DNA of 64,000 bases from Promethearchaeia archaeon (GTDB lineage: Archaea; Asgardarchaeota; Lokiarchaeia; Sigyniarchaeales; SOKP01). Below the pieces are notes generated by a model that had not been told where the DNA came from, ran no database searches, and was given only the letters and a program-made list of their open reading frames with translations. Both the position numbers and the translations under genes were made by a program. The stretch spans positions 224,001-288,000 of the forward strand of contig JAHQWK010000001.1 of NCBI GenBank assembly GCA_029856145.1, in the 5' to 3' direction. Every line of letters starts with the position of its first letter. Position 1 is the stretch's first letter. Positions 37,583-49,168 of this stretch are shown piece by piece.

Positions 37583-38473
37583 TTACACTCTTTCTTTCTT
37601 TCCTAGAAGACCTCTAGGTCTAATTATCAATACTAAAAGGATTATCCCTAGATGGATTATACCAGTAAACTGAAATCCGAATTGGAGATCAATATATATA
37701 AATGTAAAACTTCGTGCATAAGAAATTATAAAGGCGCCTATAACACTTCCTGGAAGACTTCCCATACCGCCTAGAATCACAACAGACATAGATAATAATA
37801 GATATTCCCAACCAGAATATGGAACTACAACTGTTTGGGGAACATATAACATAGCTGCACATCCTGCTAATAAAGCAGAAAAAGCTACAGTTACCATTAG
37901 AATTCTATTAACATTTATTCCCATTAATTGAGCAGCATCTTTATCTTGAGATACTGCTCTAATTGATTTACCCAATTTTGATTTTTTAATAAAAAGGATT
38001 AAAAGCGTTAAAATACATATCGCCGTAATTATAATAAGCAAATCTTGATAAAATACATTTACTCCAAAAACTTCAAAACTACCAGAAATAAATGGTTCAA
38101 TTGTTATCGCTTGTAGTTCACCAACTTTTGCACTTTCATAAAGCAATATTCCTTGTTCTATGAAAAATGCTAAAGCAAACGTAACAATCATAACGGCAAT
38201 TTCACTATGCTCGTGAGTCGGCTTTATTAAAGCATAATATGTTACGGCCCCCACGATTGTAATTAGGATTAATCCAACTACAATTGCTAATGGATATACT
38301 AAAATTCCGCCTTCAATAAACCAAAATATCATATATGCTGTTAAAAGATAAAAAGCACCATGTGCTAAATTAATAACTCCACCAACACCATAGACTAATG
38401 AATATCCACTTGAAAGTAAAGCTAACATTGAGCCAAAAACAGCACCACTTATTAAAAATTGGATAAATGACAT
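37583..38473 (-). CDS. livH: Liv-type ABC transporter permease
   Basis: INLAHGAF, GKSIRAVSQD..AQLMGIN, VILGGMGS, RPRGLLG. Confidence 0.9.
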   Translation of the reverse strand: MSFIQFLISGAVFGSMLALLSSGYSLVYGVGGVINLAHGAFYLLTAYMIFWFIEGGILVYPLAIVVGLILITIVGAVTYYALIKPTHEHSEIAVMIVTFALAFFIEQGILLYESAKVGELQAITIEPFISGSFEVFGVNVFYQDLLIIITAICILTLLILFIKKSKLGKSIRAVSQDKDAAQLMGINVNRILMVTVAFSALLAGCAAMLYVPQTVVVPYSGWEYLLLSMSVVILGGMGSLPGSVIGAFIISYARSFTFIYIDLQFGFQFTGIIHLGIILLVLIIRPRGLLGKKERV

Positions 38474-38584
38474 ATTTAATTAGTCTCCATTTATTTTTTT
38501 ATGATATGATTTTGAAAATTATAGAATAAAAAAAAATATTTAATTTAAAATTATTGTTTTTGATTATGCTTTTTCTTGAGGTAC

Positions 38585-40009
38585 TTACCACCACGGAGGA
38601 AATATCAAATGTGATTTCGAAGCTAAAGGGACATAGTTTGCCCAAGGATATAACCCTCCTGAGGGAATAAGCGGTAGCGATCCATCCGGATGATATTGTC
38701 TGAAAGGAGCAGAGAAGAAACCATCACGTATTCCAGGTATAGTTTGAAGTACATCATGATTTGCATCAAAACCAATTAAAGCTCCAATTCCAGGGTATGG
38801 ATTTGCTTCATCAAATGCTTCTAGACCTGCCACAATATCTGTATTTATTAAGGATTGTTCATTGGTTATTGCTGTAACTAAAAGATTTACGGCATCGCTT
38901 CCTCCAAGACCAGTATAAATTGGTTCAAATCCCCATGTACCGGTAAAATTATCATACCACTCTAATGTTCTTACTGTCATGTTAACCTTCGCAATACCAT
39001 GGATGGTGACTTCATAAACACTTTGTCCTGATGTACTTGGCCAATAATAACTCGTCTGAGCGGCTACATTTATTCCTGCGACAAGGGCATTTGGTTGAGT
39101 AATGTTATAGAAACTACCGAAATAAAATCCATAGTAAATATCAGAAATTATTGGGATAATCAATTGAGTTCCATCTGCAGCCATAGTACCCCATAATCCT
39201 GCAAATTCTGCAGGTGTCCAAGCAGTAAGGCCTGTTCTTTTTGGGATTTTTTGAGTAGTTATATTTGCTGCCCCTAAATAGTTTGGAAATGACGCATTAA
39301 GGGTATCCAATAATGCTTCTTTTATATCTTCTGTCCAAATAAGGTCTTCGTAAACGATCCACGCATTGTCTACATTAAACCCTTGGTGGTCTGTAATATT
39401 TGGAATAATATAATTACTTAATATATAACCTAGATGTTCTCCTAAATGATCAGAATTGATTGGCATACACCTAAATAACCACTGATAAAAGGCTCTTGTA
39501 TAGGGATCTCCAAGCCATTCTTGACAGAATTTTGGAGAGGCCGTCCCAGTTATCATAAATGGGATATCAGCTTCCATAATTCTTGATATATAAATTTCAA
39601 ATGTTTCAGAACGAAAACCTCCTAAACAAGCGTCAGGGTCATAACTGACCATTTTTATTGCAGCAGCAAGAGCAGCTTCATTATCATATGAAGCCTCTTT
39701 AGTATCTTCTTTCACAAGACCGACATAATACATCGTTCCATTAATATCTACTCCTCCTGCTAGATTAATATCTCTAGCAGCCATCCAAGCTCCACGCCAA
39801 CTATAAACACCTGTTTGAGCCATATCATCAAGAACTCCAATCTTAATCGTTTGAGCAAGAGGCATTTTTTCATCACCTAATCCGGGATATTCATAGGGAT
39901 TAACTGTAGCTTCTGGAGCAGCAAGAAAGAACCACGCTCCAACCCCGATGCCCGTTCCTATGACAGCAATAAGTACAATCGCTAAAATTCTTTTTGTCAT
40001 TTGTTCCAT
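38585..40009 (-). CDS. livK: ABC substrate-binding protein (LivK/Peripla_BP_6-like) with N-terminal membrane anchor
   Basis: IKIGVL, DINLAGGV, GGFRSE, LFRCMP; first gene of the liv cluster. Confidence 0.8.
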   Translation of the reverse strand: MEQMTKRILAIVLIAVIGTGIGVGAWFFLAAPEATVNPYEYPGLGDEKMPLAQTIKIGVLDDMAQTGVYSWRGAWMAARDINLAGGVDINGTMYYVGLVKEDTKEASYDNEAALAAAIKMVSYDPDACLGGFRSETFEIYISRIMEADIPFMITGTASPKFCQEWLGDPYTRAFYQWLFRCMPINSDHLGEHLGYILSNYIIPNITDHQGFNVDNAWIVYEDLIWTEDIKEALLDTLNASFPNYLGAANITTQKIPKRTGLTAWTPAEFAGLWGTMAADGTQLIIPIISDIYYGFYFGSFYNITQPNALVAGINVAAQTSYYWPSTSGQSVYEVTIHGIAKVNMTVRTLEWYDNFTGTWGFEPIYTGLGGSDAVNLLVTAITNEQSLINTDIVAGLEAFDEANPYPGIGALIGFDANHDVLQTIPGIRDGFFSAPFRQYHPDGSLPLIPSGGLYPWANYVPLASKSHLIFPPWW

Positions 40010-40207
40010 TTATTAGATCACTTCTTTTTTAATTTTTTTTAATTTAATATGTATGTTTATTTTTAAATTTACAATAATTAGTTCATTTTAACATATATTT
40101 AAACTTTTCAACTTTTCATATTCGAAATCAGCTGATGATAACAAAAATGTGTTAAAATTAGTAACAAAAAGTAGTTATATAATAATCTAGTTAAGATCTC
40201 TAGTTTT

Positions 40208-43200
40208 TTATAAGACGAAATTAATAATTATCTGAATAGCTACTATTATTCCTAAAACTATAAGAACAATAATCAAGATAATAAGTGTATAAAATCTCCA
40301 CTTAATTGAAATATTTTCACTTCTTTCTTTAAATCTTATATAGGGTAATAATATTACTCCAATAATCCAAATTGATATCCAAATGGTGAAAACATACCAA
40401 ACTGGTGTTATAACAGTAAATAAAAGCGTAATAATACTACCCCAACTGATAATTAGTCGATACATTCGACGTCTAAACATTACATTGACATCATCAGATT
40501 TTTTGGAGGGGATAAGAGAGTATAGTATTCCAAAAATAGGAAATATTAGAAGGATTGAATAGGTCCAATCTAAATAATTAAACATAGCCGGTGATAAGGA
40601 GATACCAATTAAAGCAGCTATGAAAATGCTAAATACTATCCAGAGCGATTTATAATATATCTTTATAAAGTGGTAGATTTTAATGAACATATTCTTAATT
40701 GCTAATTTAAGAGATCTAAAGAATTTTGAAAGAAAATCAATAAAATTATTGATAAATCGTTTTAATTCTTCTAAAAGAAAGATAAATGGATAAAGTAAAA
40801 TTCCAAAGCTAAGAACTGTAATACCTAAACCTACGAAAGAAACGCGATAGACTATTAAAAATAATAAAATAAATATCACTAACCAAAACAGAAACGCGAT
40901 AGATGCGAAAGATGAATGTTTTTTGAATGGTTTTAAATGAATTGCTAAAAATATTACAAAAATTAACGAACTACTACTTAAATTTAAAATTAAATCAAAG
41001 TTTGGAATTCCTCCTAATATTAAAAATGAATCAATAGATAATAAGGCGCCAATTATTAGAAATGAGGAAGATCTCAAGGATTTTCGTAATTTTTCATTGA
41101 GCATTTTATCCAATAGAGTTATTAAAAACATGATGATAAAAGAAGCTAACACTAAATTAAGATTGGCAAATTGATCCAAACTAGAGAAATATAAAGGCCA
41201 TGTTATGAAATTGAGATATGAAATTATTATCAAACCAGACTTGATTTTCTTTTTATAGGTATCAACAATTTTCCAAAAAGCTAATAATTTAAAAAGGTAA
41301 GCAAACTCAAGAATCAGTATAATAATGATAAAAGGAATTACTGTAAAAAAGAAAGCTATAAAATAAGTACTGTAAATCCATATTAAGTAAGTTGATGTAA
41401 ATATCATAATCAAAATCCAAGAAATTGATTTGATATAATCAGTAATTTTTCCTAAGAATTTGAATAGAAAGCTATCTATAATCATTAATACATGGATTAC
41501 AAGGCTTAAAATCAATAAAATCAATTGGACATTAAACCCTTGCAATGTTAATGGTTGTATTATAGAAAAACATAATGTAGCATAAAAACCCATACCTAAA
41601 AGTCGGTGAATATATGTTTGAGCCTTATTATAAACATCTTTTTTATCAGGGAAAAATAATTTTAATGCTTTAAAGAAAGAATAATTTGTATAAAATTGCA
41701 TTAGTAGAAAAATGAAAATTTCTAAACTAAATAAGAAGGGATATTGAAATACAAGATTGTGTAAAAATAGAAATAAATTTAACGACAATATAAAATAACT
41801 AATAGTATGAACTAAACTTGCATAACTTTTCTTTACTTTTTTTATAGAATAAATATCTAATAATGTCAAAACAAATAATATTGACAGAGCTACCATGATA
41901 CTTTCAAAAATTCCTATAAATGTATTCACTAAACCATAGATCAAGATACTTATTTCAAAATATAGTATCAATACCATTAATGAATGCATTTTTAGCAGAA
42001 AGTTTGGATATTTTTGCTGTGCTATAATTGTATTAAAATATTTTATAGATACGAATGAAAGGCATATTTCTATAAAAATCATTGAATTAATTGAAATGAA
42101 ATTTAAAAAGCCAAACAATATGAAGATGTAAATCAAGTTAATGGCCAATAATCCTTGAAATACGATGAAAAGAATAAATTCGATCCTATTTTTTATATTT
42201 TTTTCAATTTTAACGAAAATAAGACTTAAAACATACAATAAGAGTGATGAATTTTGGAATAACAATAAAAAGTATCCAAATCCTCTTAATTGGTCAAAAA
42301 TAAGTATCAATCCATCAGAAATTAAAGATGCTAGAAAAAAAGAACTCCAAATAAATGAATTATAAATAAGTAATAACCGAAGCTTTGAAATAGTTTCTTT
42401 TGAAATATCCATATGAGATAAGAAATGTAGAGAAATAAGATTTAAAACTGAAAACATCAATACTAAGAGGAAAATGTTTAAATGAAACAAAAATATAAAT
42501 AAAGACAATGTATTACAGAAAATAAACCAAGACCATAGTATAAATTTGTTTCGGGTTGAAGTAATTAAAAAATTAAATATATTCTGATCAATAAATGCAA
42601 CTTCAATAAAAACTACAGCACTTATGGCTAATAGAACCAAATAAGTTGAAATTACTAAATTGGCATTAATAAAAACAAAATATAGAAAAATATTGATACC
42701 CAAAGCTATAGGAATAAAAAGATATAAAATACAACTTAAGATGTTGAAATAACGTAATAGATCCTTTATCTTTAAGTCTAACTCCGATTTTTTTACATAT
42801 TTCATACAAATTAAGAATAAAAATGGCCAGATTATTAGAAAATCACAAATCTGATAAATTAATAAAATATCAGTGAATAATATCTGCATAAATAAATTTG
42901 GTAAAATAATTGCAAGAAATAGAGATATACAAACTGAATTTATTAGAAAACATGCAAAATTGAGCCATTTCAATTGATTTTTATCCTGATAAAGTTTAAA
43001 CATACTATTTTTAATTTCAGCTGTGTCATCTTTTACAGAACTCTTGAATATATTAATTAGAATTTGAAAAGTAATAAGATAAAGCATTGGCCAGGTTAAA
43101 AAGGCAAAAATCCAATTAGGGTAAATTATGTCAAGTGTTAATAACCATTCTAAAATAGGAGAAATTATAGGGATTGGAATAGCAAACCAAAGGATATATC

Positions 43201-46200
43201 GATATTCGGTGAATATAAAATATAAGAATATAATAAAAACTGTAGAAAATGTAGAAATTAAAACACCTGTTGGTGCTTGAAATAGAATGGAGGTTAGAGA
43301 AGTAATTGATAAGGATGCTCCAACTGCCACTGTTAAATATGGAATTATTTTATTAATGGATATTCTCATTTTATAACGATTAAATATGAAAAAAGAGCAT
43401 CCAAAAACAGTTAGAGCTAATGAAAAAGCAAAAATTATAAAACCCGGAAATAAATTGAATGTATTGAAGGTCAACCATGAAAAATTGATGATTAAAATCC
43501 AAGAAAGGCATAAATCGATTACTCTTTTAGGTAATTTTAAGTATTTTGAGGAAAAGAGAGTGAATCCAAATACGAGTAGACTAATATTTAATGAAAATAT
43601 TGGGTGTTGTATTATCGAATAAAGAATAAAATAGAGAGTTAAGAAAATACCTAATAAAGTTATGATATATGCGCTTATTAAAACAATACCTATAGATCTA
43701 ATATTCGGGAAAAACGAGTACACAATTAAAAATAATCCAATAACTAAGATATCAATGGAAATCGTAATTTCTAATGAGAGACCAATTGAAATCAAATAAA
43801 ACAACAAAAATGATGCATTAATAATTGTTAAAGGAAATACCCAAAAAATCGAAATAACTTTCCAGAATTTAAATATTGCTAACAATGGCATCACTAAAGT
43901 CACTGAAAACATAATAAAAAATAAATTTCTCAAAAGAAAATCCGTTACAAATAAATTCTGACTAAACCAATAAAGTAAAAATAGACTTTCCCCCCATACA
44001 ATAAATATAATTAGAGAAAAATATTTCTTGATTTTACTATACACCACTGGTAGGAAAAATAAAGAGCAAATTATTATAGATAAAATAAATGAACCACTAG
44101 CATCAAATATTCCAAAACTCAATGAACTTGTAAAAACATCAATCCCAGTTAGACTTTGATAGATTATAAACCAATTTGCAATGGGTAAAATGTTCCAAAT
44201 ATACCATCCTGATTTCCAAATCGCCCATGATATTCTCCATTGATAAATTCCAATAGATAAATAAAATAGAAAGACTCCAAAGTTAATTGCAACTATTAAA
44301 GGGACTAAAGACCATAAAGGCATAGACAACGCAGCAATTATAAGAAAATATAAAAAGGTTGGAAAAGAAAAAACTATTGATATCAATACTACATAGAACG
44401 ATTTCTTCCTAAATCTTGCTGGCGCATCATTATACAAAAGAACAAATGCAAAACCTGTCATACTCAAAGTTAATGTGAAAGTCAAAATAGGATTGTATTC
44501 TCTAAAAATTGGGTGAGAAAAGAGCCAAGAATATGATAAAAAGCTTATGAAATCAAAAACAAATAGAATTACGCAAGGATTTATAAACCATTTATATCTC
44601 TCATCTTTTTTACGATAAAAAGAGATTCCCAAAAATAATAGAAGTATGAAAAGAGAAATTGTTATGTTATAAATAAGTAAAATTTTCGTAAATAGGCTGA
44701 GAAAGAAAAAAGACAAGATAGAAATGAGAGAATATAATGTAAATTTTTCTAAGGTGTTATTTTTTTTAATATTTAGCAAAATCGAGAAAAATAAAACACC
44801 ACCCATAGATAAGAGGTAAATTATAGTAAAAATACCTATTAAAGCTATATCAAATCCAGTTATAATTCCATAAAAATTTAAAATAACTAGGATTTCGACG
44901 AAGGTAACATAGCTCAATAAGAAATAGGATAAAAATCGAAAAAGGGGAAATATACTCCTTTGAGAAAGAATAAGTGACCATATTATTATAATAAGAAACA
45001 GTGATAAAATAGAGCTGAAATAAAGAAGACTTATAGATAATATGAAAGATAAACAGTAAAATCCAAATAATTTCAAAACAGCATCTTTTTCAACTATTTT
45101 ATTAAACCTTATAGAATAATAGAAGAAAATTAAAATTAGGTTAATTATTAGAGTTCCTACATGAAACGAAGGATTCTGATAGAATATAGGGATTTGAGTT
45201 GTCAAACTTAAAAGAATTTCAAGATATAAACTTGATAATGATGTTGTAAATACTATTACAGTGATTCTTTTTATTATAAATTGATTTTTAGAGGATATAT
45301 ATTTCAAATTCTTTAAAATATATAGACTTAGAGGAGTTAAAAAGGCAAACGTTAAAGAAAATAAAGTAATTTTGTTTAAAATAAAGAATTGATACACAAA
45401 ATAATCAATTAGAGAAAATAACAAAATACAAATTATGATCTTAATGACTATCCATGCTGTTAACTCAATAATAGTCTTTACTTGAGTTAATTTCATTTCA
45501 TTTAAATTGTTACAGACAATAAGAAACACAAGAAAAATTATAAAAAAGAACCCTACTATTATTGAAATTTTAAATAATATCGGTAGTGTGTTAAGAAATG
45601 CAAAAAGATTAGTTGAGAGGCTTAAAAAAGTAAATATCGATGATATTGAGATAATTATTCCATAGATAAGTATATCCTGAAAATTGCTTAAATTTGGCAG
45701 TCTTGTAAAAATATTAGATGCTAGGCTTAGGGTGTATAAACTTAAGATAAAAAATACAAAAAAACAACAGCTTAATATTAAAAATGTAATGGGGGTCATC
45801 TCTATTGTAATGATAAAGATAGACGCAATGTAATATGATAATAGCAATGTAAAAGAAAACCAAGCGACTAATCCGGATGATTTGAAACTTTTGATGTAAT
45901 TATCTTTTAATTTAATTTTTATACTAATAATTTCAGAAATCTTCAAAAAACAAAATAATATAAATACGGTTATCGTAATTATAAGAATTAAATTTGGTAC
46001 TAATCCAATTCTTGCTAATTCTAAACCAATTACTGTCGGTATCGAAACAATTAAACAAGATAATGCAATAAAATTATATATTGTTAATTTTTTAATCCAT
46101 TCTAAGTTGAAATACTCTCTTTTATAAGAATAATAAAACAAGAAAAACCATGAAAAGAGTAATGCGATTAAAGGTAAGATTATCCCATAAAAAGTCCCAA

Positions 46201-49168
46201 ATAGCAATAAAAGTGGATAAAAGAAGACTGTTGTGACAGAAATACTAAATAAAGTAATTATCTGAAGCTGTTTCAAAAATAAGACAAAATTCTCTTTTAC
46301 TTTAAATTTGTTTGATACTCTTATGAGAATTGAAATAAATAGATAGAAAATATACACAGAAGAATTTAATATATTCAGTATAAAAAGATTTAAATCAAAG
46401 ATTAAACCTAAAGTGAGTAAATTTATACCATCTATTATTGGAATTGAAGTAAACAAACTTGTTAGAATCAAAATATTTGAAATTATAACTCTTTTTGTTG
46501 ATTCTAAATTGAAAATCTCTTTCTTGTAAGAATAAAAGAAAGGGATAAAGAGGAAGCTGGAAGTAAGAATTAATGGTAAAATTATGCAATATAAAGTATC
46601 AATTAATAAGAAAAGGAGATAATAGAAGACTGTTGTAAGGCTTATACAAATTGCTATTATTACTTGTGATTTCAATAAGAATTTAACTCGTTTTTCACCA
46701 CTATTGAATTTCATTGATGCGTAGTAATAAATAGCAAAAATTGTGAACATAATATACAAGGTAAAATTAATTACTGTCATTAATAAGAAAATTAAATCGA
46801 AATAAATGCCTAAATAGAATAATTCTAATCCTATAGTAGTTGGGATTAGTGATATTGTCACTGAAAATAATATACTATTTATTTTTATTGATTTAGATAT
46901 TAAAGTTGGGTATATCCTTTTCAATCTTAAATATAAAAGCGGAAAGAATAGAATTATACTTGAAACCATAAGAGGAATTATAAAAACATATAGGGTATCA
47001 AATGTAAGCATTAAAAAATAGTAAAACGCTATTAATACGCTATATAGTAAAACAAAAACGTTTATTTTGATAAAGAGGTCTTCAGAAAAGATCCCCTTTT
47101 TCGAAAATAGGTTAATTATCGCACAAACTACTGCTAATGATAAAAATATTGAATAGATTATGTTATCAAACAGTGAAAGAGCTTGAAAGACTGAATAAAA
47201 TAATGTAAAAAACAAATATAAAAGCTCAACTGTTATCAGGTAAGAATTGACTTTAATATATTTTTTAAACTTAAGTTCATTCACGCGTCCTAATTGTAGT
47301 CCAAATTTTAAGAGAAAATAATAAAAAACAGAAGCAATAAGGAAATCAAACGCTAAAATAAGAAAGTAAGTAGTAAGTAAAGAGATAATCAGTAGAGATA
47401 TAAATAAATCACTTAATAATATCCAGAGAGAAAAATAACTATGCTTTAATAAATATTCCTTCGGAAACACATGAAGACCATAATTTAAATAAAGAAAAAC
47501 TAGGAAAATAATAGGGAAGCAGATCAATGAGATACATATTACTTGTAAAAATGGAATAAGTTCGATTAAAAAATAAACTCGAAAAATAATGAAAGCAAAA
47601 ATTAATAGTTCGATTAAAAAGCTATTTACTAATACAACCCTTCTAAATAATCTGGGGCTCTTAGCATGAAAATATCTAATGCTTAATACATAATGTGAAA
47701 TTAACAATGTTACTAGAATAAATACTGAGTGTAATAGAATATTTGAAACTAAAATTACTATAGGGTCCGAGGTAAAAGTTGTGTATTCAAAAATAATTGC
47801 TGGAAAGAATGTATATAGAACTAAGGAAAAACTTGCCACAGCAAGTAAATTTTGGTATACGATAATATCTTCTTTAATAAAATATTTTAATTTAACAAAT
47901 ATTTGTAGAACAAAATACAGAGAAAGACAAAACACTAAGAAATTTAATAATATGGTCTCTATTAACAGGGGAATTATACAAAAAGAGATATAGATCAAAA
48001 TCGCAATTGAGTTTAACAGAACCACAAATTTATTATATATCTTAGAACATAGACCTGCCTTCTGTTCATAATGAAGAAGGATATAGATAAATGGAAGAAT
48101 AATTAAGATTAATAGAGGAATTCCAGTTAAAAAGGAATATAAAGATATTAATAAAATTAAAATACCAGATAAAAACGAATTGTATTTTTGGTACTTGATA
48201 TTTTCCAGGGAAGTATTTTCATTAGAATTTTCTATTTTTTCAGACTCATCATACAACTTAAGCTTTGAAGTATAATGAAAACTGACATAAAACATAGACT
48301 TAAAATAAAATAAGATAAAGATTAGGACTAAGAAAAGGTTGTTTAGTACTTCTAAGCTCAAAAAAGAAACACCCGAAAGAATGCGTGTAGCAATCACAAT
48401 AAAAGGCATTTGGATTAAGAGAATAAAAATTAAGCCTATTTGAGAAGCCACAAATCGCCGTTTAAATCTTGTTAAATCTTTTAGAATGGGTTTTTTCTCA
48501 TTAATAGAATCTCGAATATTATTAACCTGACTCTTTGTACTTGTTAAGGTGATAATATAAATAATTAGGTTTGTTATAAGAGCATAAAGCCAAGCAAAGT
48601 TAGTAGGTGCAGTAACGGTTAAGAAAATAATGTGAATAAAGTAATTAGAAACTATCAAGAAATTGTAAGGTTGTTTAATCATCAATTCCAAACTTTTTGC
48701 ATGTTTGAATTCTTCTTCTTTTAAGTTAAAAAAGTCAATCGGTTGGAAATAATAATAATAATAAATAACATTGTAGAGAATCGCATAACTAATCAGTGGA
48801 AGTAGAATAAATGAGTCGAATGGTGAAATAAATATAAAAATAGGAGTTGTAACAAAGGATACGATAGAAATCAGAAAAAGCACATGAATTCTAGCGGTAA
48901 GATTATTCTTTTTATTAAGAAAAAAGGGATTATCTCTGTATTTATCAAAAGCTTTATAAAAAAAAAGTAAAGCAAACATAAAGCCTACAACTGAGAAAGA
49001 TAATATAATGAATAATCCAATTCCAGCAAAATTAAAAATTGAAAAAATAGCAATCGCTACTATTAAAGGAGCAATAATTAAAAAAAATGAAAACCACCAA
49101 AATTTATGAAGTAATTCTGTGGCTTTCTTAATTCTCTCTTGTGAGTTATCACTATTTTTTGATTTCAT
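40208..49168 (-). CDS. Giant polytopic membrane protein (about 2990 aa), unknown function
   Basis: 9-kb uninterrupted ORF that is almost entirely TM helices with short loops; internal 133-134 aa repeats; ATG 49168 preferred to TTG 49180. Confidence 0.85.
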   Translation of the reverse strand: MKSKNSDNSQERIKKATELLHKFWWFSFFLIIAPLIVAIAIFSIFNFAGIGLFIILSFSVVGFMFALLFFYKAFDKYRDNPFFLNKKNNLTARIHVLFLISIVSFVTTPIFIFISPFDSFILLPLISYAILYNVIYYYYYFQPIDFFNLKEEEFKHAKSLELMIKQPYNFLIVSNYFIHIIFLTVTAPTNFAWLYALITNLIIYIITLTSTKSQVNNIRDSINEKKPILKDLTRFKRRFVASQIGLIFILLIQMPFIVIATRILSGVSFLSLEVLNNLFLVLIFILFYFKSMFYVSFHYTSKLKLYDESEKIENSNENTSLENIKYQKYNSFLSGILILLISLYSFLTGIPLLILIILPFIYILLHYEQKAGLCSKIYNKFVVLLNSIAILIYISFCIIPLLIETILLNFLVFCLSLYFVLQIFVKLKYFIKEDIIVYQNLLAVASFSLVLYTFFPAIIFEYTTFTSDPIVILVSNILLHSVFILVTLLISHYVLSIRYFHAKSPRLFRRVVLVNSFLIELLIFAFIIFRVYFLIELIPFLQVICISLICFPIIFLVFLYLNYGLHVFPKEYLLKHSYFSLWILLSDLFISLLIISLLTTYFLILAFDFLIASVFYYFLLKFGLQLGRVNELKFKKYIKVNSYLITVELLYLFFTLFYSVFQALSLFDNIIYSIFLSLAVVCAIINLFSKKGIFSEDLFIKINVFVLLYSVLIAFYYFLMLTFDTLYVFIIPLMVSSIILFFPLLYLRLKRIYPTLISKSIKINSILFSVTISLIPTTIGLELFYLGIYFDLIFLLMTVINFTLYIMFTIFAIYYYASMKFNSGEKRVKFLLKSQVIIAICISLTTVFYYLLFLLIDTLYCIILPLILTSSFLFIPFFYSYKKEIFNLESTKRVIISNILILTSLFTSIPIIDGINLLTLGLIFDLNLFILNILNSSVYIFYLFISILIRVSNKFKVKENFVLFLKQLQIITLFSISVTTVFFYPLLLLFGTFYGIILPLIALLFSWFFLFYYSYKREYFNLEWIKKLTIYNFIALSCLIVSIPTVIGLELARIGLVPNLILIITITVFILFCFLKISEIISIKIKLKDNYIKSFKSSGLVAWFSFTLLLSYYIASIFIITIEMTPITFLILSCCFFVFFILSLYTLSLASNIFTRLPNLSNFQDILIYGIIISISSIFTFLSLSTNLFAFLNTLPILFKISIIVGFFFIIFLVFLIVCNNLNEMKLTQVKTIIELTAWIVIKIIICILLFSLIDYFVYQFFILNKITLFSLTFAFLTPLSLYILKNLKYISSKNQFIIKRITVIVFTTSLSSLYLEILLSLTTQIPIFYQNPSFHVGTLIINLILIFFYYSIRFNKIVEKDAVLKLFGFYCLSFILSISLLYFSSILSLFLIIIIWSLILSQRSIFPLFRFLSYFLLSYVTFVEILVILNFYGIITGFDIALIGIFTIIYLLSMGGVLFFSILLNIKKNNTLEKFTLYSLISILSFFFLSLFTKILLIYNITISLFILLLFLGISFYRKKDERYKWFINPCVILFVFDFISFLSYSWLFSHPIFREYNPILTFTLTLSMTGFAFVLLYNDAPARFRKKSFYVVLISIVFSFPTFLYFLIIAALSMPLWSLVPLIVAINFGVFLFYLSIGIYQWRISWAIWKSGWYIWNILPIANWFIIYQSLTGIDVFTSSLSFGIFDASGSFILSIIICSLFFLPVVYSKIKKYFSLIIFIVWGESLFLLYWFSQNLFVTDFLLRNLFFIMFSVTLVMPLLAIFKFWKVISIFWVFPLTIINASFLLFYLISIGLSLEITISIDILVIGLFLIVYSFFPNIRSIGIVLISAYIITLLGIFLTLYFILYSIIQHPIFSLNISLLVFGFTLFSSKYLKLPKRVIDLCLSWILIINFSWLTFNTFNLFPGFIIFAFSLALTVFGCSFFIFNRYKMRISINKIIPYLTVAVGASLSITSLTSILFQAPTGVLISTFSTVFIIFLYFIFTEYRYILWFAIPIPIISPILEWLLTLDIIYPNWIFAFLTWPMLYLITFQILINIFKSSVKDDTAEIKNSMFKLYQDKNQLKWLNFACFLINSVCISLFLAIILPNLFMQILFTDILLIYQICDFLIIWPFLFLICMKYVKKSELDLKIKDLLRYFNILSCILYLFIPIALGINIFLYFVFINANLVISTYLVLLAISAVVFIEVAFIDQNIFNFLITSTRNKFILWSWFIFCNTLSLFIFLFHLNIFLLVLMFSVLNLISLHFLSHMDISKETISKLRLLLIYNSFIWSSFFLASLISDGLILIFDQLRGFGYFLLLFQNSSLLLYVLSLIFVKIEKNIKNRIEFILFIVFQGLLAINLIYIFILFGFLNFISINSMIFIEICLSFVSIKYFNTIIAQQKYPNFLLKMHSLMVLILYFEISILIYGLVNTFIGIFESIMVALSILFVLTLLDIYSIKKVKKSYASLVHTISYFILSLNLFLFLHNLVFQYPFLFSLEIFIFLLMQFYTNYSFFKALKLFFPDKKDVYNKAQTYIHRLLGMGFYATLCFSIIQPLTLQGFNVQLILLILSLVIHVLMIIDSFLFKFLGKITDYIKSISWILIMIFTSTYLIWIYSTYFIAFFFTVIPFIIIILILEFAYLFKLLAFWKIVDTYKKKIKSGLIIISYLNFITWPLYFSSLDQFANLNLVLASFIIMFLITLLDKMLNEKLRKSLRSSSFLIIGALLSIDSFLILGGIPNFDLILNLSSSSLIFVIFLAIHLKPFKKHSSFASIAFLFWLVIFILLFLIVYRVSFVGLGITVLSFGILLYPFIFLLEELKRFINNFIDFLSKFFRSLKLAIKNMFIKIYHFIKIYYKSLWIVFSIFIAALIGISLSPAMFNYLDWTYSILLIFPIFGILYSLIPSKKSDDVNVMFRRRMYRLIISWGSIITLLFTVITPVWYVFTIWISIWIIGVILLPYIRFKERSENISIKWRFYTLIILIIVLIVLGIIVAIQIIINFVL

